IMG/VR virus record: IMGVR_UViG_3300033148_002172
Coordinates: 1-57,908 of that record
Reading direction: 5' to 3' (one strand)
Length of the DNA: 57,908 nucleotides
From: a virus
Lineage: Duplodnaviria; Caudoviricetes
Shown here: piece after piece, positions 18,152-27,071 of the stretch
How positions within the stretch are numbered: position 1 is the first letter of the stretch
How the letters are laid out: each line of letters opens with the position of its first letter
Program-made: the position numbers and the translations under genes
The notes under the pieces: model-generated
The model's database searches: none
Told to the model about the DNA's origin: nothing
What the model saw: only the letters and a program-made list of their open reading frames with translations

Positions 18152-18600
18152 TAGGGGACGGGCAGAGTAGGTTACTAGCCTACCCGTCCCCTAATTAAAG
18201 GTTTGCGACATCGCATGTGTCGTCATTACCCCGCTAGCGCGCTTAATGGTAGTCCCTACGATTTTCGTTCGTAGGGAGCCACGCGCTAGCGCTTGACTCG
18301 ACACCCGGCCCGTTCGTTATACGTCGGTTAGCCCGTTCACGGTGCTCCACTTGTCAAGCGGCACACTCGCTATCGGCTATTATTGCCTATCGCTATATAG
18401 GGGACCGTCGCCCCGTTTTAAGTCGACCTCGCATACTCCGCTTCCGCTGGTTACTATATTGTGTCAGTAAAGCCCTGTACTACACTTCACAAGTGAAGGA
18501 CTGACACACACACTAGAGGGCATGATAGGTCATGTGACGGAGATAAGGCGTCAACCTACCTGTACGTTCTAGCGTACCGCTACGAATAGCATCATATACA
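18152..18600 (-). ncRNA. Candidate structured non-coding RNA or long leader
   Basis: No ORF in the track; several strong stems (TAGGGGACGGG/CCCGTCCCCTA, CGCTAGCGCG/CGCGCTAGCG, TCCCTACGA/TCGTAGGGA, GTGTCAGT/ACTGACAC). Confidence 0.35.
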
Positions 18601-18639
18601 AGATATCAAAGAATAGTTGAGAATAAAACAGAATAAGGA

Positions 18640-18672
18640 GGAAAAGTAGCCGGGAGCATAGGCTCCCGGCTA
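18640..18672 (-). terminator. Rho-independent terminator
   Basis: Hairpin TAGCCGGGAGC/GCTCCCGGCTA followed on the minus strand by CTTTTCC, just after a stop codon. Confidence 0.7.
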
Positions 18673-18676
18673 TGGA

Positions 18677-18965
18677 CTACTTGCGCGCCTTTCGGCGCAG
18701 CGTAACCGCGACAAACGGTCGTTTGTGGCCGTACGATGACACGCGGTGCGTAGGATGTTCATTCCTAACACAAGCTGTGTTAGGGATGTTCACTTGCCAC
18801 TGTGTTAGGGATGTTCACTTGCCAGTCACCGATGGCAATGCTATCGTGTCGCAAGTCCTGTTTAGGAACCTGATTAACAATGCGTCGAACTGACGCCCCG
18901 CTTTGACGGGGAACGTTATATACGCGCCCCCTAACGCCCGTCTGGGCGTTCCATGAGTTACCCAT
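18677..18965 (-). pseudogene. First early gene, frameshifted by a 25-bp tandem duplication
   Basis: Removing one copy of 18775-18799 gives 88 codons ending in TAG next to the terminator; AAAGGAGG RBS. Confidence 0.6.
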
Positions 18966-19044
18966 AGGGCAACCTCCTTTATTCGAGATAGGAAAGAACG
19001 ACCCACAAGGGGCGACCGGAGCAAAGCACCGATGCCAAGGTATA

Positions 19045-19062
19045 TTGCGAGCATCGTGCCAA
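19045..19062 (-). promoter_or_regulatory. Sigma54-type promoter (near consensus)
   Basis: Minus strand TTGGCACGATGCTCGCAA versus consensus TGGCAC-N5-TTGC. Confidence 0.6.
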
Positions 19063-19145
19063 CATTTCCAACGGTCGAAAATCCCCTTGCAATGCCGATA
19101 GTTGAAATAGGACCACAGTCAAAATACAGGTTTCAGGCTGAAATC

Positions 19146-19308
19146 GCGACATTCATGCCGTGGTTAGGCTAATTGAAAACGAGGGACATAGAGCCTATTG
19201 CAGAGGCGTCTAGCGTTTCCAAACCACGACATTAATGTCGTGGTAGCAGGTCCGATGTAGAGCCGTCTAGCGTTCAGTACCACGGCATTCAATGCCGTCT
19301 AGCGTTTT
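19146..19308. promoter_or_regulatory. Cluster of palindromic operator-like sites and GTCTAGCGTT repeats
   Basis: CGACATTCATGCCG, CCACGACATTAATGTCGTGG, ACGGCATTCAATGCCGT; three GTCTAGCGTT copies. Confidence 0.55.
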
Positions 19309-19342
19309 CAATTAGCCGCCGGACGCACCTTAGCGTAAACAC

Positions 19343-19430
19343 TGTTCACTTAATGAACCTTATTCACTTAGCTAAACTTGTTCACTTAACGAACCTTGTT
19401 TACTTAGTGAACCTTATTCACTTAGTGAAT
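19343..19430. repeat. Tandem array of about five quasi-palindromic 18-bp units (TTCACTTAGTGAACCTT-like)
   Basis: Directly visible degenerate repeats. Confidence 0.85.
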
Positions 19431-19469
19431 GGGATTCACGTACCCTTCTCGCGCTAAAGGTACTCGCGA

Positions 19470-19487
19470 TTGCAATAATCGTGCCAG
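19470..19487 (-). promoter_or_regulatory. Sigma54-type promoter (consensus)
   Basis: Minus strand CTGGCACGATTATTGCAA, matching TGGCAC-N5-TTGCA exactly. Confidence 0.75.
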
Positions 19488-19498
19488 CTTTCTCCTCG

Positions 19499-19573
19499 GG
19501 AGACCGTGACAGCGGAGACCGGGACAGTGGGGACCGTGCCAGTGTGGACCGTGCCAGTGTGGACCGTGCCAGT
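19499..19573. repeat. Five 15-bp tandem repeats (GGACCGTGCCAGTGT-like)
   Basis: Directly visible; three copies contain GGACCGTGCCAGT. Confidence 0.9.
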
Positions 19574-19771
19574 AAACACTGCAAGGGTTGACATGCCAAT
19601 AGGGTGGGTGGTGTCTCCCATTAGGGGTGTTGTGTCGTCGTTAGTCCGGGGAGGTGCTTTAAACCAAAAAGCGTTAGCTAAGGATTTTGGGGGGGGTGTG
19701 CTAAGAGCACCTAATCTTAGCTAACTTAGCTAACTTAGCTAGTGGGGGCTAAGTGCTTAGCTCTGAGGATT

Positions 19772-20050
19772 TGTCACACCCCGACACCGAATGTGTGACA
19801 GAATGTGTGACAGAAATAATCACCTTTCCACCTACCTTTATCTCTTAGCTACTATCTTTGTCACATGTCACAGTAAAAAAAACTCCTCCACAGAAGTATG
19901 TGTGTTTATACACACACACTTTATATATATAAACTTCTCCCTAAAACCCTGTGACACTGTGACAAATTAATAAGGAATCGAGGTTGAAGCGGCGTAATTC
20001 TTGTCACACCTCGTCTATTTTGTCACAAATAGGGGTTTTTTTCTGTGACA
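19772..20050. repeat. Ten TGTCACA/TGTGACA heptamers in both orientations around an AT-rich core; candidate origin or packaging/terminus site
   Basis: Sites at 19772, 19794, 19806, 19859, 19866, 19950, 19958, 20002, 20021, 20044. Confidence 0.8.
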
Positions 20051-20117
20051 AAGGGGTGACCTTTTTTAAATCCTTAAGGGACCCGGATAGGGTGGGTTGT
20101 ATTTTTTTGGGGGGGGT

Positions 20118-20146
20118 TTGCCTCGTCTAGGGAACGGTGCTATAGT
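20118..20146 (+). promoter_or_regulatory. Sigma70-like promoter with extended -10
   Basis: TTGCCT-N17-TATAGT with TGn; only 6 nt before ATG 20153, so possibly leaderless. Confidence 0.55.
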
Positions 20147-20152
20147 GCCCCC

Positions 20153-20926
20153 ATGCGTAGAGAGCTTTTAGCCGAATACTTTATAAACCACCCACTTTCC
20201 CCTGGAGAGCCTCCAGGTATCAAGCTGCCCACTACGGCTATTGGCCTATATGTACTGGCAGGGTACGCCCGCACGGCCAATAACAACCCCAATGTAGCGA
20301 ATTACGGCGCTCTAGCCCATGGTGCTGAGCCGGGGTGGGAGAGGTGGACGGTGTTTGCCCGGACTTTCCCGCAATTACGCAGGTGGTTGAGGTCGCCAGC
20401 CGCCTTTATGCCCCCGAATACATGGCCCCCGGCTATAGCGGGCATATTGCCTCGTCATATTACACCTCGCAGTTTCGCATTGGGGGTGCTTCCCTGTGAC
20501 AGGCAGCAGGTTAGGCACTCGCCTTTTTATAGGGGTGCCTCGATGCGTGGCTTAAGGGCGCTAAGCGCATATGCACATGGTTGGCCTACCCGAGAGGCCG
20601 AGCTTGTCGATATGGCATTAGCCGCCTATGAGATACAAACTATACCCCAGTTCGTAGTGTGGGCACACAACCCGTTATTAGATATAGTGCCTCTACCCTC
20701 TGGACCAGACGGAATCCTAGAAAGGTCTAGGTGCCGTACATATCTAAACCTAAATCCACTAGGTGTAGGTAGAAATACCTTAAATAAGGCCCTACCTCCT
20801 TGGGCTAGGAACGCTGCTTACTTAAGAGACCTGCCTAGACAGCAGTTCAACCCCCGGCGAAGCTCTAGAAAGCCAGTTATAGCGGAGGTAAGTGTGGTGC
20901 CTCGCCAGCTAAAGTGGCAAGTATAG
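20153..20926 (+). CDS. Hypothetical basic, Pro-rich protein
   Basis: 257-aa ORF, first gene of the plus arm. Confidence 0.6.
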   Translation: MRRELLAEYFINHPLSPGEPPGIKLPTTAIGLYVLAGYARTANNNPNVANYGALAHGAEPGWERWTVFARTFPQLRRWLRSPAAFMPPNTWPPAIAGILPRHITPRSFALGVLPCDRQQVRHSPFYRGASMRGLRALSAYAHGWPTREAELVDMALAAYEIQTIPQFVVWAHNPLLDIVPLPSGPDGILERSRCRTYLNLNPLGVGRNTLNKALPPWARNAAYLRDLPRQQFNPRRSSRKPVIAEVSVVPRQLKWQV

Positions 20927-20927
20927 C

Positions 20928-20957
20928 TTGACATACTAAAAACAAATAGGTTACTAT
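20928..20957 (+). promoter_or_regulatory. Sigma70-like promoter
   Basis: TTGACA-N18-TACTAT upstream of the GGAGG RBS of ORF 20975. Confidence 0.55.
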
Positions 20958-20974
20958 GTCACGCGGAGGATAAT

Positions 20975-21187
20975 ATGGATAACGAAGCCCTAATAATAGA
21001 GGTATCTGCCCGGATAACCATCTTAAATGGTCAGGCAACTACTACGCAGACCTATTTACTAGAGAGGGTTAGGGAAGAAGACTGGTCTTCTGTGATGGTA
21101 GCAGCTAGTCACCTATCTTCTATAAGCCAAGAGCTGGAAAGCCTGTCAGTAGTACGGGACACCTTACAAGAATCCTATTATGAGTAA
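20975..21187 (+). CDS. Hypothetical protein
   Basis: 70-aa ORF with GGAGG RBS. Confidence 0.6.
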   Translation: MDNEALIIEVSARITILNGQATTTQTYLLERVREEDWSSVMVAASHLSSISQELESLSVVRDTLQESYYE

Positions 21188-21587
21188 GCATAAGCCTTCT
21201 TCTGGGTCTACCCTAGCAGACTTCTATAAGCATGTACCGGCAGAGGTACGGGAGGAGATACGAGAACAGCTTCTAAAGGCCCACGCTGATGGCATGGACG
21301 GGTTCATAGAGGCCACTCAGTACATCCTAGCCCAGCTAATCTCCGGGAACATAGCCCCCGGCATTGCAAAAGCGGCCCAGGGGTATATGGAATTGCTGTT
21401 TACGGCGATATCTGCTAAGATGATACATGAGAAGGAGGAGAAAAATGCCAGCCCATCCAATGTAATGGCGCGGGTCGCAGAGGCACACAAGCGTAGCAAA
21501 AAAATGATACCTCAATATACATTAGATGTGGAGGAAGATGGTACAGTAACGGCCACCGCAGAGCTAGTGAGGGAGGGGGACGTATAG
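21180..21587 (+). CDS. Hypothetical helical protein; terminase small subunit candidate
   Basis: Size and position upstream of TerL only. Confidence 0.35.
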   Translation: MSKHKPSSGSTLADFYKHVPAEVREEIREQLLKAHADGMDGFIEATQYILAQLISGNIAPGIAKAAQGYMELLFTAISAKMIHEKEEKNASPSNVMARVAEAHKRSKKMIPQYTLDVEEDGTVTATAELVREGDV

Positions 21588-21594
21588 ACATAGC

Positions 21595-22197
21595 ATGAAA
21601 AACACGTTAAACCTATACAAAAGCGAAGGTACCATGTATACCAGTGGTGGCATCGAAGGGCTAGAAGCTATTATATTAGGAAAACCTAGAGGGGATAATA
21701 CTGCTAGGTATTCTATATTTTTAACAGGCGCTATGGGAGAAGAGAGCCTACCTTCTGACTATTTAATAGAGCTTTTACTTATATTTGATAGCGAGAAATA
21801 TGATGCGGAGACAGTAGCTTACTTATTTGAGGTAAGTCTAGAGGATGTATTACTATTCACAGAGAGGTACCCAAGGTACGGGGCTAATTGGAAAGATAGT
21901 ATTGCTACAAAGTGGACAAAGTTCTTTAATTTCTACGAAGATGACCTAGAAGACCTGTCTTGGATATCAAAATACGCTATAAAGAGGGCAGCTTTAGCTA
22001 TAAAAATGGATAAAACCCTATTAGAGGCCACAGAGGAGATGAGAGAAGAGCTAGCAGAGGATGATGGGTGGACAGACGATACATTTATTCTAAGAACAGA
22101 AGGGCTAATAGCCCAGGACAAGAGGGCACACATACTACAGTTTTGGCTAGACAGGTCAGAAGAAGAGGAGGACCATGACAACAGCGAGGCAACGTAA
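21595..22197 (+). CDS. Hypothetical acidic protein
   Basis: 200-aa ORF. Confidence 0.65.
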   Translation: MKNTLNLYKSEGTMYTSGGIEGLEAIILGKPRGDNTARYSIFLTGAMGEESLPSDYLIELLLIFDSEKYDAETVAYLFEVSLEDVLLFTERYPRYGANWKDSIATKWTKFFNFYEDDLEDLSWISKYAIKRAALAIKMDKTLLEATEEMREELAEDDGWTDDTFILRTEGLIAQDKRAHILQFWLDRSEEEEDHDNSEAT

Positions 22198-22423
22198 ATT
22201 ACAGGTAGATTTGGGCTATGTACCAGCATTGGTCTATATATCAACACCCCACGGGGACTCTACTGTCACGGTATGGTGCGTACATCAGCAAGAGTTTGAA
22301 GAACTTAAGAAAGCAGCAGTGAGCAACACCCCATTCGAGGGCAAGAGCTTTGCTTTGCCTAATGATGCCGCTAGTAAGATAGTAATGGTCGCCATGAAAC
22401 GTCCAGAGCATGTAGTAGCGTAG
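22175..22423 (+). CDS. Hypothetical protein
   Basis: 82-aa ORF, GGAGG RBS, coupled to TerL. Confidence 0.6.
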   Translation: MTTARQRKLQVDLGYVPALVYISTPHGDSTVTVWCVHQQEFEELKKAAVSNTPFEGKSFALPNDAASKIVMVAMKRPEHVVA

Positions 22424-24234
22424 TGGACGATGACCTCCTAAGAAAACTGAGAGACCCAAGGCTAACTGTGCCGGAGTTCGGCTCAGTGGTGGACCAGCGT
22501 ACTGAGGACATAATTAGATATGACGCAGATAGGGTATGTCCCCGTCTGCAACATTCTATATTATCCTTCATGGGAGATACTCCAAGGGACTCAGATGGCA
22601 TGACACAGTGGCTCATAGTTAACGCCAGCAGGCAAACAACCAAGTCTACAACTACAGCTCTAGCTATGGCTAATCTGGCGGAGTATACACCCGGTGCTTT
22701 CGCGGCCATTATTGCAGATAAGAAAGAGAGAGCAGAAGACCTATTCCGCGCTATTGATATATCCTATGAGTATAAACCGGACGAAGTTAAATACCCCACT
22801 ATTGCTAACAGGGAGAGTAGGCAGCTAACTTTTACCCACAAAGGTAAAATCCGTACCTTGGCAGCCAATCAGGAGAACGTAGGTATTGGGAGGGGTGCTT
22901 CCTATTTACACATGTCAGAGGTGCCCTTTTGGAACGACCCAGCAGATGTGTGGTTTAAGATGGGACCAGCCTTTCGTAATAGAAAGAACGCGGTTATAGT
23001 AATGGAGAGCACCCCGGCACCTATGTCGGAGCCAGGGGCAGAGTGGTATAGGGACATGTGTGCGGAGGCCCGCAAGGGCCATGGTAGGCTTAAGTTTTTA
23101 TTTGTACCCTATCATGAGTCTAAGTTAAATGAGAGAAACTGGCATCCATCTTGGAAGCCCGACAGTACAGAGTTTAAGCTACTAGAGAAATATGGACCAC
23201 CAACGGGTATGGAGCCTATATCTAATCCGGGATCTAGCTACTTAACTCTAGAGAATCTAGCCTTTAGGCGAAGGGTAATGGAGGAGGATAAACTTATCCG
23301 CCGATACCCAGAGCTATTCTTCGTATTCTATCCTGTGAACTCTATATCCTGTTGGCAGCAACCCGGCGGGGGAGCTATACCTGTACATGTATTAGAGAAG
23401 CATTTAGAGGCAGACTTGGAGCCATGGGAACCTCTAGATAATATGTACATGGAGTACTCGGAACCCCATCCAGATGGTGTATATGTTATAGGTGTAGACC
23501 CTGCAGGATTTGGCTCAGGCGACCAAGCGAGTTTTCAAGTATTAGAAGTCTGGTCGGATGAATGGGTACAAGTAGCAACCTTTAGTTCCAACGAGCCTAA
23601 CCCTCCAGAGGTAGCACGTTATGTATTAGAGGCGGCAAAGAGGTATAATGACGCAGAGGTAGTAGTAGAGAACAATGGGGTAGGGGCTGGTATTTTATCA
23701 GTATTAGAGCTGGCGTCAGATTACAACGGGGTGGTACTAGTCAACACTCAAGGTGTGGAAAGGAAATACCATCTTAAGAACTTATACTATCATAGGAGAG
23801 GTTCGGTCAGAGCAACCCCAGGAATACCAGCCAGCAAGAGGACTAATGCGGAAGCCATGGCTGCCATGATAGATGCTCTTATGGACAAATTAGTATTGAA
23901 AGACGCCGAGACAGTAGAACAACTAAGATCTTACAGAAGGGATAAGGAATTAGAAGATAGTGAGAAATTTAAACTATTAAAACCAGGCAAGGTAGGGAGA
24001 GGTAGGCGCTCTAAACACCACTGGGATAGAATATCGGCTCTACTATGGGCATGTTTAATTGCCCGAGACCTGCCTGTGAGATATAGGCCAAAGACCCAGA
24101 AGCAGATACTAGAAGATAGAGATAAAATAAACACAATGTTAGATCTCCCCTTTGATGAGTGGACGGGCGAGCAACAACAAGAATATTACAAAGCCCAAGA
24201 GGCTGCTAATAAAAAGAAAAGGAAGGCCAAGTAA
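22423..24234 (+). CDS. terL: Terminase large subunit
   Basis: Walker A variant SRQTTKST, GRG, Walker B LHMSEVPFW, ESTP; nuclease motifs YVIGVDPAG, DQAS, VVENNGVG, HWDRISAL. Confidence 0.9.
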   Translation: MDDDLLRKLRDPRLTVPEFGSVVDQRTEDIIRYDADRVCPRLQHSILSFMGDTPRDSDGMTQWLIVNASRQTTKSTTTALAMANLAEYTPGAFAAIIADKKERAEDLFRAIDISYEYKPDEVKYPTIANRESRQLTFTHKGKIRTLAANQENVGIGRGASYLHMSEVPFWNDPADVWFKMGPAFRNRKNAVIVMESTPAPMSEPGAEWYRDMCAEARKGHGRLKFLFVPYHESKLNERNWHPSWKPDSTEFKLLEKYGPPTGMEPISNPGSSYLTLENLAFRRRVMEEDKLIRRYPELFFVFYPVNSISCWQQPGGGAIPVHVLEKHLEADLEPWEPLDNMYMEYSEPHPDGVYVIGVDPAGFGSGDQASFQVLEVWSDEWVQVATFSSNEPNPPEVARYVLEAAKRYNDAEVVVENNGVGAGILSVLELASDYNGVVLVNTQGVERKYHLKNLYYHRRGSVRATPGIPASKRTNAEAMAAMIDALMDKLVLKDAETVEQLRSYRRDKELEDSEKFKLLKPGKVGRGRRSKHHWDRISALLWACLIARDLPVRYRPKTQKQILEDRDKINTMLDLPFDEWTGEQQQEYYKAQEAANKKKRKAK

Positions 24235-24305
24235 AAGGCCTAGTAACTACAGCTAACTTGCTGTATACTTTTCATCGTGTTACCCTGAGCATTACCGGAG
24301 GCTTT

Positions 24306-26150
24306 ATGGCTAATAGTACCAAAGATATCACGCCACAGGATCGTTTTAGATATAAGGTCATAACGAACCATAAAACCAAAATGAGAACCCAGAGGAAGAG
24401 ATGGAAGCGCGCTGCCGACATGTACAGGACGGAGTATTATAGTAGATCCTATTCAGATGGGTCGGATAACGGCGATTATTTATCAGAAGACGAAAGCATA
24501 ACTTTTGAGAACAACTGGCTATTTGCTTTTGCAGACACAATGATAGCGAATATAGTACCACCTAACCCAGAGTGTACTATTATCCATAGGCGCAAAGAAC
24601 TGAAAGAGGCAGCCAAACTTAGAGAACTATTAGTAAATGATTTATTCTACAGAGAAAAAGCCCACAGTAAACTATGGAAACTAGCTACCAGGGCTACCAT
24701 TTTTCCTAGATCTTTTATTAAGTGTGTATGGAATGAGAAAAAGGGAAGGCCAGTGCTTAGGGTGCTAAACCCGGAGTACATCTTTTTCGATGCCATGTCA
24801 GAAGATTGGGAGGACATCAGATACATATGCGAGGTTACTGTACTAACTCGTGGAGAGTTTGAGAAGAGGACAAAGAAGAGAGGGAACAAGCACGGAGTAT
24901 ACCGGAGCGATGCCCTAGAAGACGCTACCTTTGGCCCATACCCAGACTGGTTACTAGATGATGATAGCTCAGACCAAGACGATCATCATATAGTTAGAGA
25001 GGGTTTTGAGTGGATAACCATCTATGAGTATTATGATCTGGTAGCTAAGGAATTCTTTCATTATATGGAAGGAGCACAGAGACCCCTAATTACAGCACAG
25101 CTACCCTACGATAATTTACCTAATCCTTATTATATGCTATCCTTTAATGACAACCTTAAAGATTTAGGTGGCCTATCTGACGCTGAGTTGGTGTTTCCTA
25201 CCATAGAACGCTTGAATGAAATGTCCTCTCTAGAGCTGTGGCACAATAAGTCTAGCATCCCCGTAACAATTATTCACTCGGGATTAGTAGACGACCCAGC
25301 AGAGTTTGAGGATGCCCTAGAGAATGTCGATGGCCCAGGCCAAGTGATTACCATTGCGGCAAAACCTAAAGTAAGTGTTAATGATGTTATGGGAACTACG
25401 CCTATGCCTACACTTCCCATGGAGTGGCAGAGCACTAAAAATGCTCTAAGAGAGCAGATAGAATTTGTATTAGGAATTGCTAGCTACCAGAGGGGAAGTT
25501 TGGGCCAGTCCGACGTAGCTACTGAGCTGGCTCTAGCTGATACAGCTATTAGAACTAGAAATTCCAGGAGACAGAAGGTTATATATGATTGTATAACTTG
25601 GTTAGCTAAAGCTATAATAGCCCTGTACTCACAGTTTTTGCCAGAGGATTCTGAGATACCAGTAAAGCTAGGAAGTGATGGTAAGGTAGGGTCTCTAAGT
25701 AGAAGTACTATGAACCTAGATGATGAGAAAGAAGCAGATTTTGATTATGATTATGAGGCTCGGCCCTTCAATGCTCAGGAAGGTAACTCTGTTGTACAGC
25801 TAAAGACTCTAACAGAATTCATACCTATATTCACACAGAGCCAGAATATAGATCAGAGAAAGTTAGTAGAGAAACTATTAGAGCTACTTCAGATGCCCGG
25901 ACTACTAGTTGAGACTCCTCCAGGTCCTCCAGGTGGTATGCCTCCAGGTGGTATGCCTCCAGGTGGTATGCCTCCAGGAGGAGGTGGGGGGATGCCCGCT
26001 CAAGGAGTTCCTCCAGAGCTAGAAGCCCTAATGCAAGGAGGCCAGGTAAATTCCGGGGATGGCTCACAAGCAATTACGGGGAACATGGAAGGAGGTATGC
26101 AAGTAGGTGGTAAGGTATTAGCGGGTAGCGTACCCCCGGTGAAAGTCTAA
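24306..26150 (+). CDS. Portal protein
   Basis: Follows TerL; ~615 aa; VLGIASYQRG...ATE motif; GGMPP low-complexity tail; ATG 24306 with GGAGG RBS. Confidence 0.85.
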   Translation: MANSTKDITPQDRFRYKVITNHKTKMRTQRKRWKRAADMYRTEYYSRSYSDGSDNGDYLSEDESITFENNWLFAFADTMIANIVPPNPECTIIHRRKELKEAAKLRELLVNDLFYREKAHSKLWKLATRATIFPRSFIKCVWNEKKGRPVLRVLNPEYIFFDAMSEDWEDIRYICEVTVLTRGEFEKRTKKRGNKHGVYRSDALEDATFGPYPDWLLDDDSSDQDDHHIVREGFEWITIYEYYDLVAKEFFHYMEGAQRPLITAQLPYDNLPNPYYMLSFNDNLKDLGGLSDAELVFPTIERLNEMSSLELWHNKSSIPVTIIHSGLVDDPAEFEDALENVDGPGQVITIAAKPKVSVNDVMGTTPMPTLPMEWQSTKNALREQIEFVLGIASYQRGSLGQSDVATELALADTAIRTRNSRRQKVIYDCITWLAKAIIALYSQFLPEDSEIPVKLGSDGKVGSLSRSTMNLDDEKEADFDYDYEARPFNAQEGNSVVQLKTLTEFIPIFTQSQNIDQRKLVEKLLELLQMPGLLVETPPGPPGGMPPGGMPPGGMPPGGGGGMPAQGVPPELEALMQGGQVNSGDGSQAITGNMEGGMQVGGKVLAGSVPPVKV

Positions 26151-26626
26151 TGCCTATATGGAAGATAGAGTGTAAGTGTGGATGTGATACATCTAAGAGA
26201 TTAACCTTTGCTTGTAGAGAGGAAAAGTATGGAGGCCTTGCTCCTTGTCTTAATTGTGATACTCCTAATAAGATTTTACCTGCTATTCGGGCGGTAACAG
26301 GAGTAACAGATATAGAGATAAAGCAGATAGGTAAAAAGTTTTCCTCCTCTGCAGAGCTGGATAGGTATTGCGAGCAAAATGATTGCGAGGCCATATCTAA
26401 AAATAGTAGTAGGTGGAGAAACTTTAAGGACGGGGCGAGGTCGGCGCACCAAGAGCAAGTACAAGCAGAAGGCTATAGGGACATAGCTGACAAGCGGAAC
26501 AAGTGGAAGGGTCAGAAAGAGGACAGGGTTAGAGCTAACCAGGAAAAAGCCATAAAAGGATATCACGATACGCACGGAAGCAGTGACAAACAGACAGTAG
26601 AGAAAGCGTATGGTAGCGTAGATTAA
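26150..26626 (+). CDS. Zinc-ribbon (FmdB-like N-terminus) head-module protein
   Basis: MPIW..ECKCG...CLNC; TAATG-coupled to the portal gene. Confidence 0.6.
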   Translation: MPIWKIECKCGCDTSKRLTFACREEKYGGLAPCLNCDTPNKILPAIRAVTGVTDIEIKQIGKKFSSSAELDRYCEQNDCEAISKNSSRWRNFKDGARSAHQEQVQAEGYRDIADKRNKWKGQKEDRVRANQEKAIKGYHDTHGSSDKQTVEKAYGSVD

Positions 26627-26667
26627 ATGAACGTGTTAGTAACTTTTTATATTTTATTGGAGTAATT

Positions 26668-27051
26668 ATGCCTAAAGATCCCGAAACCGGAGAAGCCTAC
26701 GACAGCCCTAAAGATGCCCTAGCTGCAGCCTTACCAGAAGGCACAAGTGCCGAAGAGGTGCTTAGCAAATTGGAGGACATGGGTTATAGCTTAGAGCCGT
26801 CCGGTGACGCTACCATGGATGTAGCTATAGATATAGAGGCGGAAGATCAAGCATTGCCTGAAGAGGAGATCATAGATTCCGCTCTTGCTGAAGAGGATGT
26901 AGCATTGGACCCTGGAGGCGCTCCTAGTATAGGAGAAGAGGATCCTGAAGGACTCTCTATGGGAATGATGGGTCCCCCAGAAGGCATGGCCAAGAAAAGA
27001 GATAAGGTAGCAGAAGGCCTTATGGATAGGTTTAAGAAAGGGATGGTATAA
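26668..27051 (+). CDS. Acidic hypothetical head-module protein
   Basis: 127-aa ORF, GGAG RBS. Confidence 0.65.
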   Translation: MPKDPETGEAYDSPKDALAAALPEGTSAEEVLSKLEDMGYSLEPSGDATMDVAIDIEAEDQALPEEEIIDSALAEEDVALDPGGAPSIGEEDPEGLSMGMMGPPEGMAKKRDKVAEGLMDRFKKGMV

Positions 27052-27071
27052 GTTTTATAGAGGAGGGAGAT

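Noticed and set aside
17694-18600. Known self-cleaving ribozyme or group I/II intron
   Set aside because: I could not find a hammerhead core or intron catalytic motifs; kept only as a generic structured-RNA candidate
19343-19573. CRISPR array or coding ORFs (19414..19599, 19506..19724)
   Set aside because: Head-to-tail repeats without unique spacers; the ORFs are just translations of the repeats and lack an RBS
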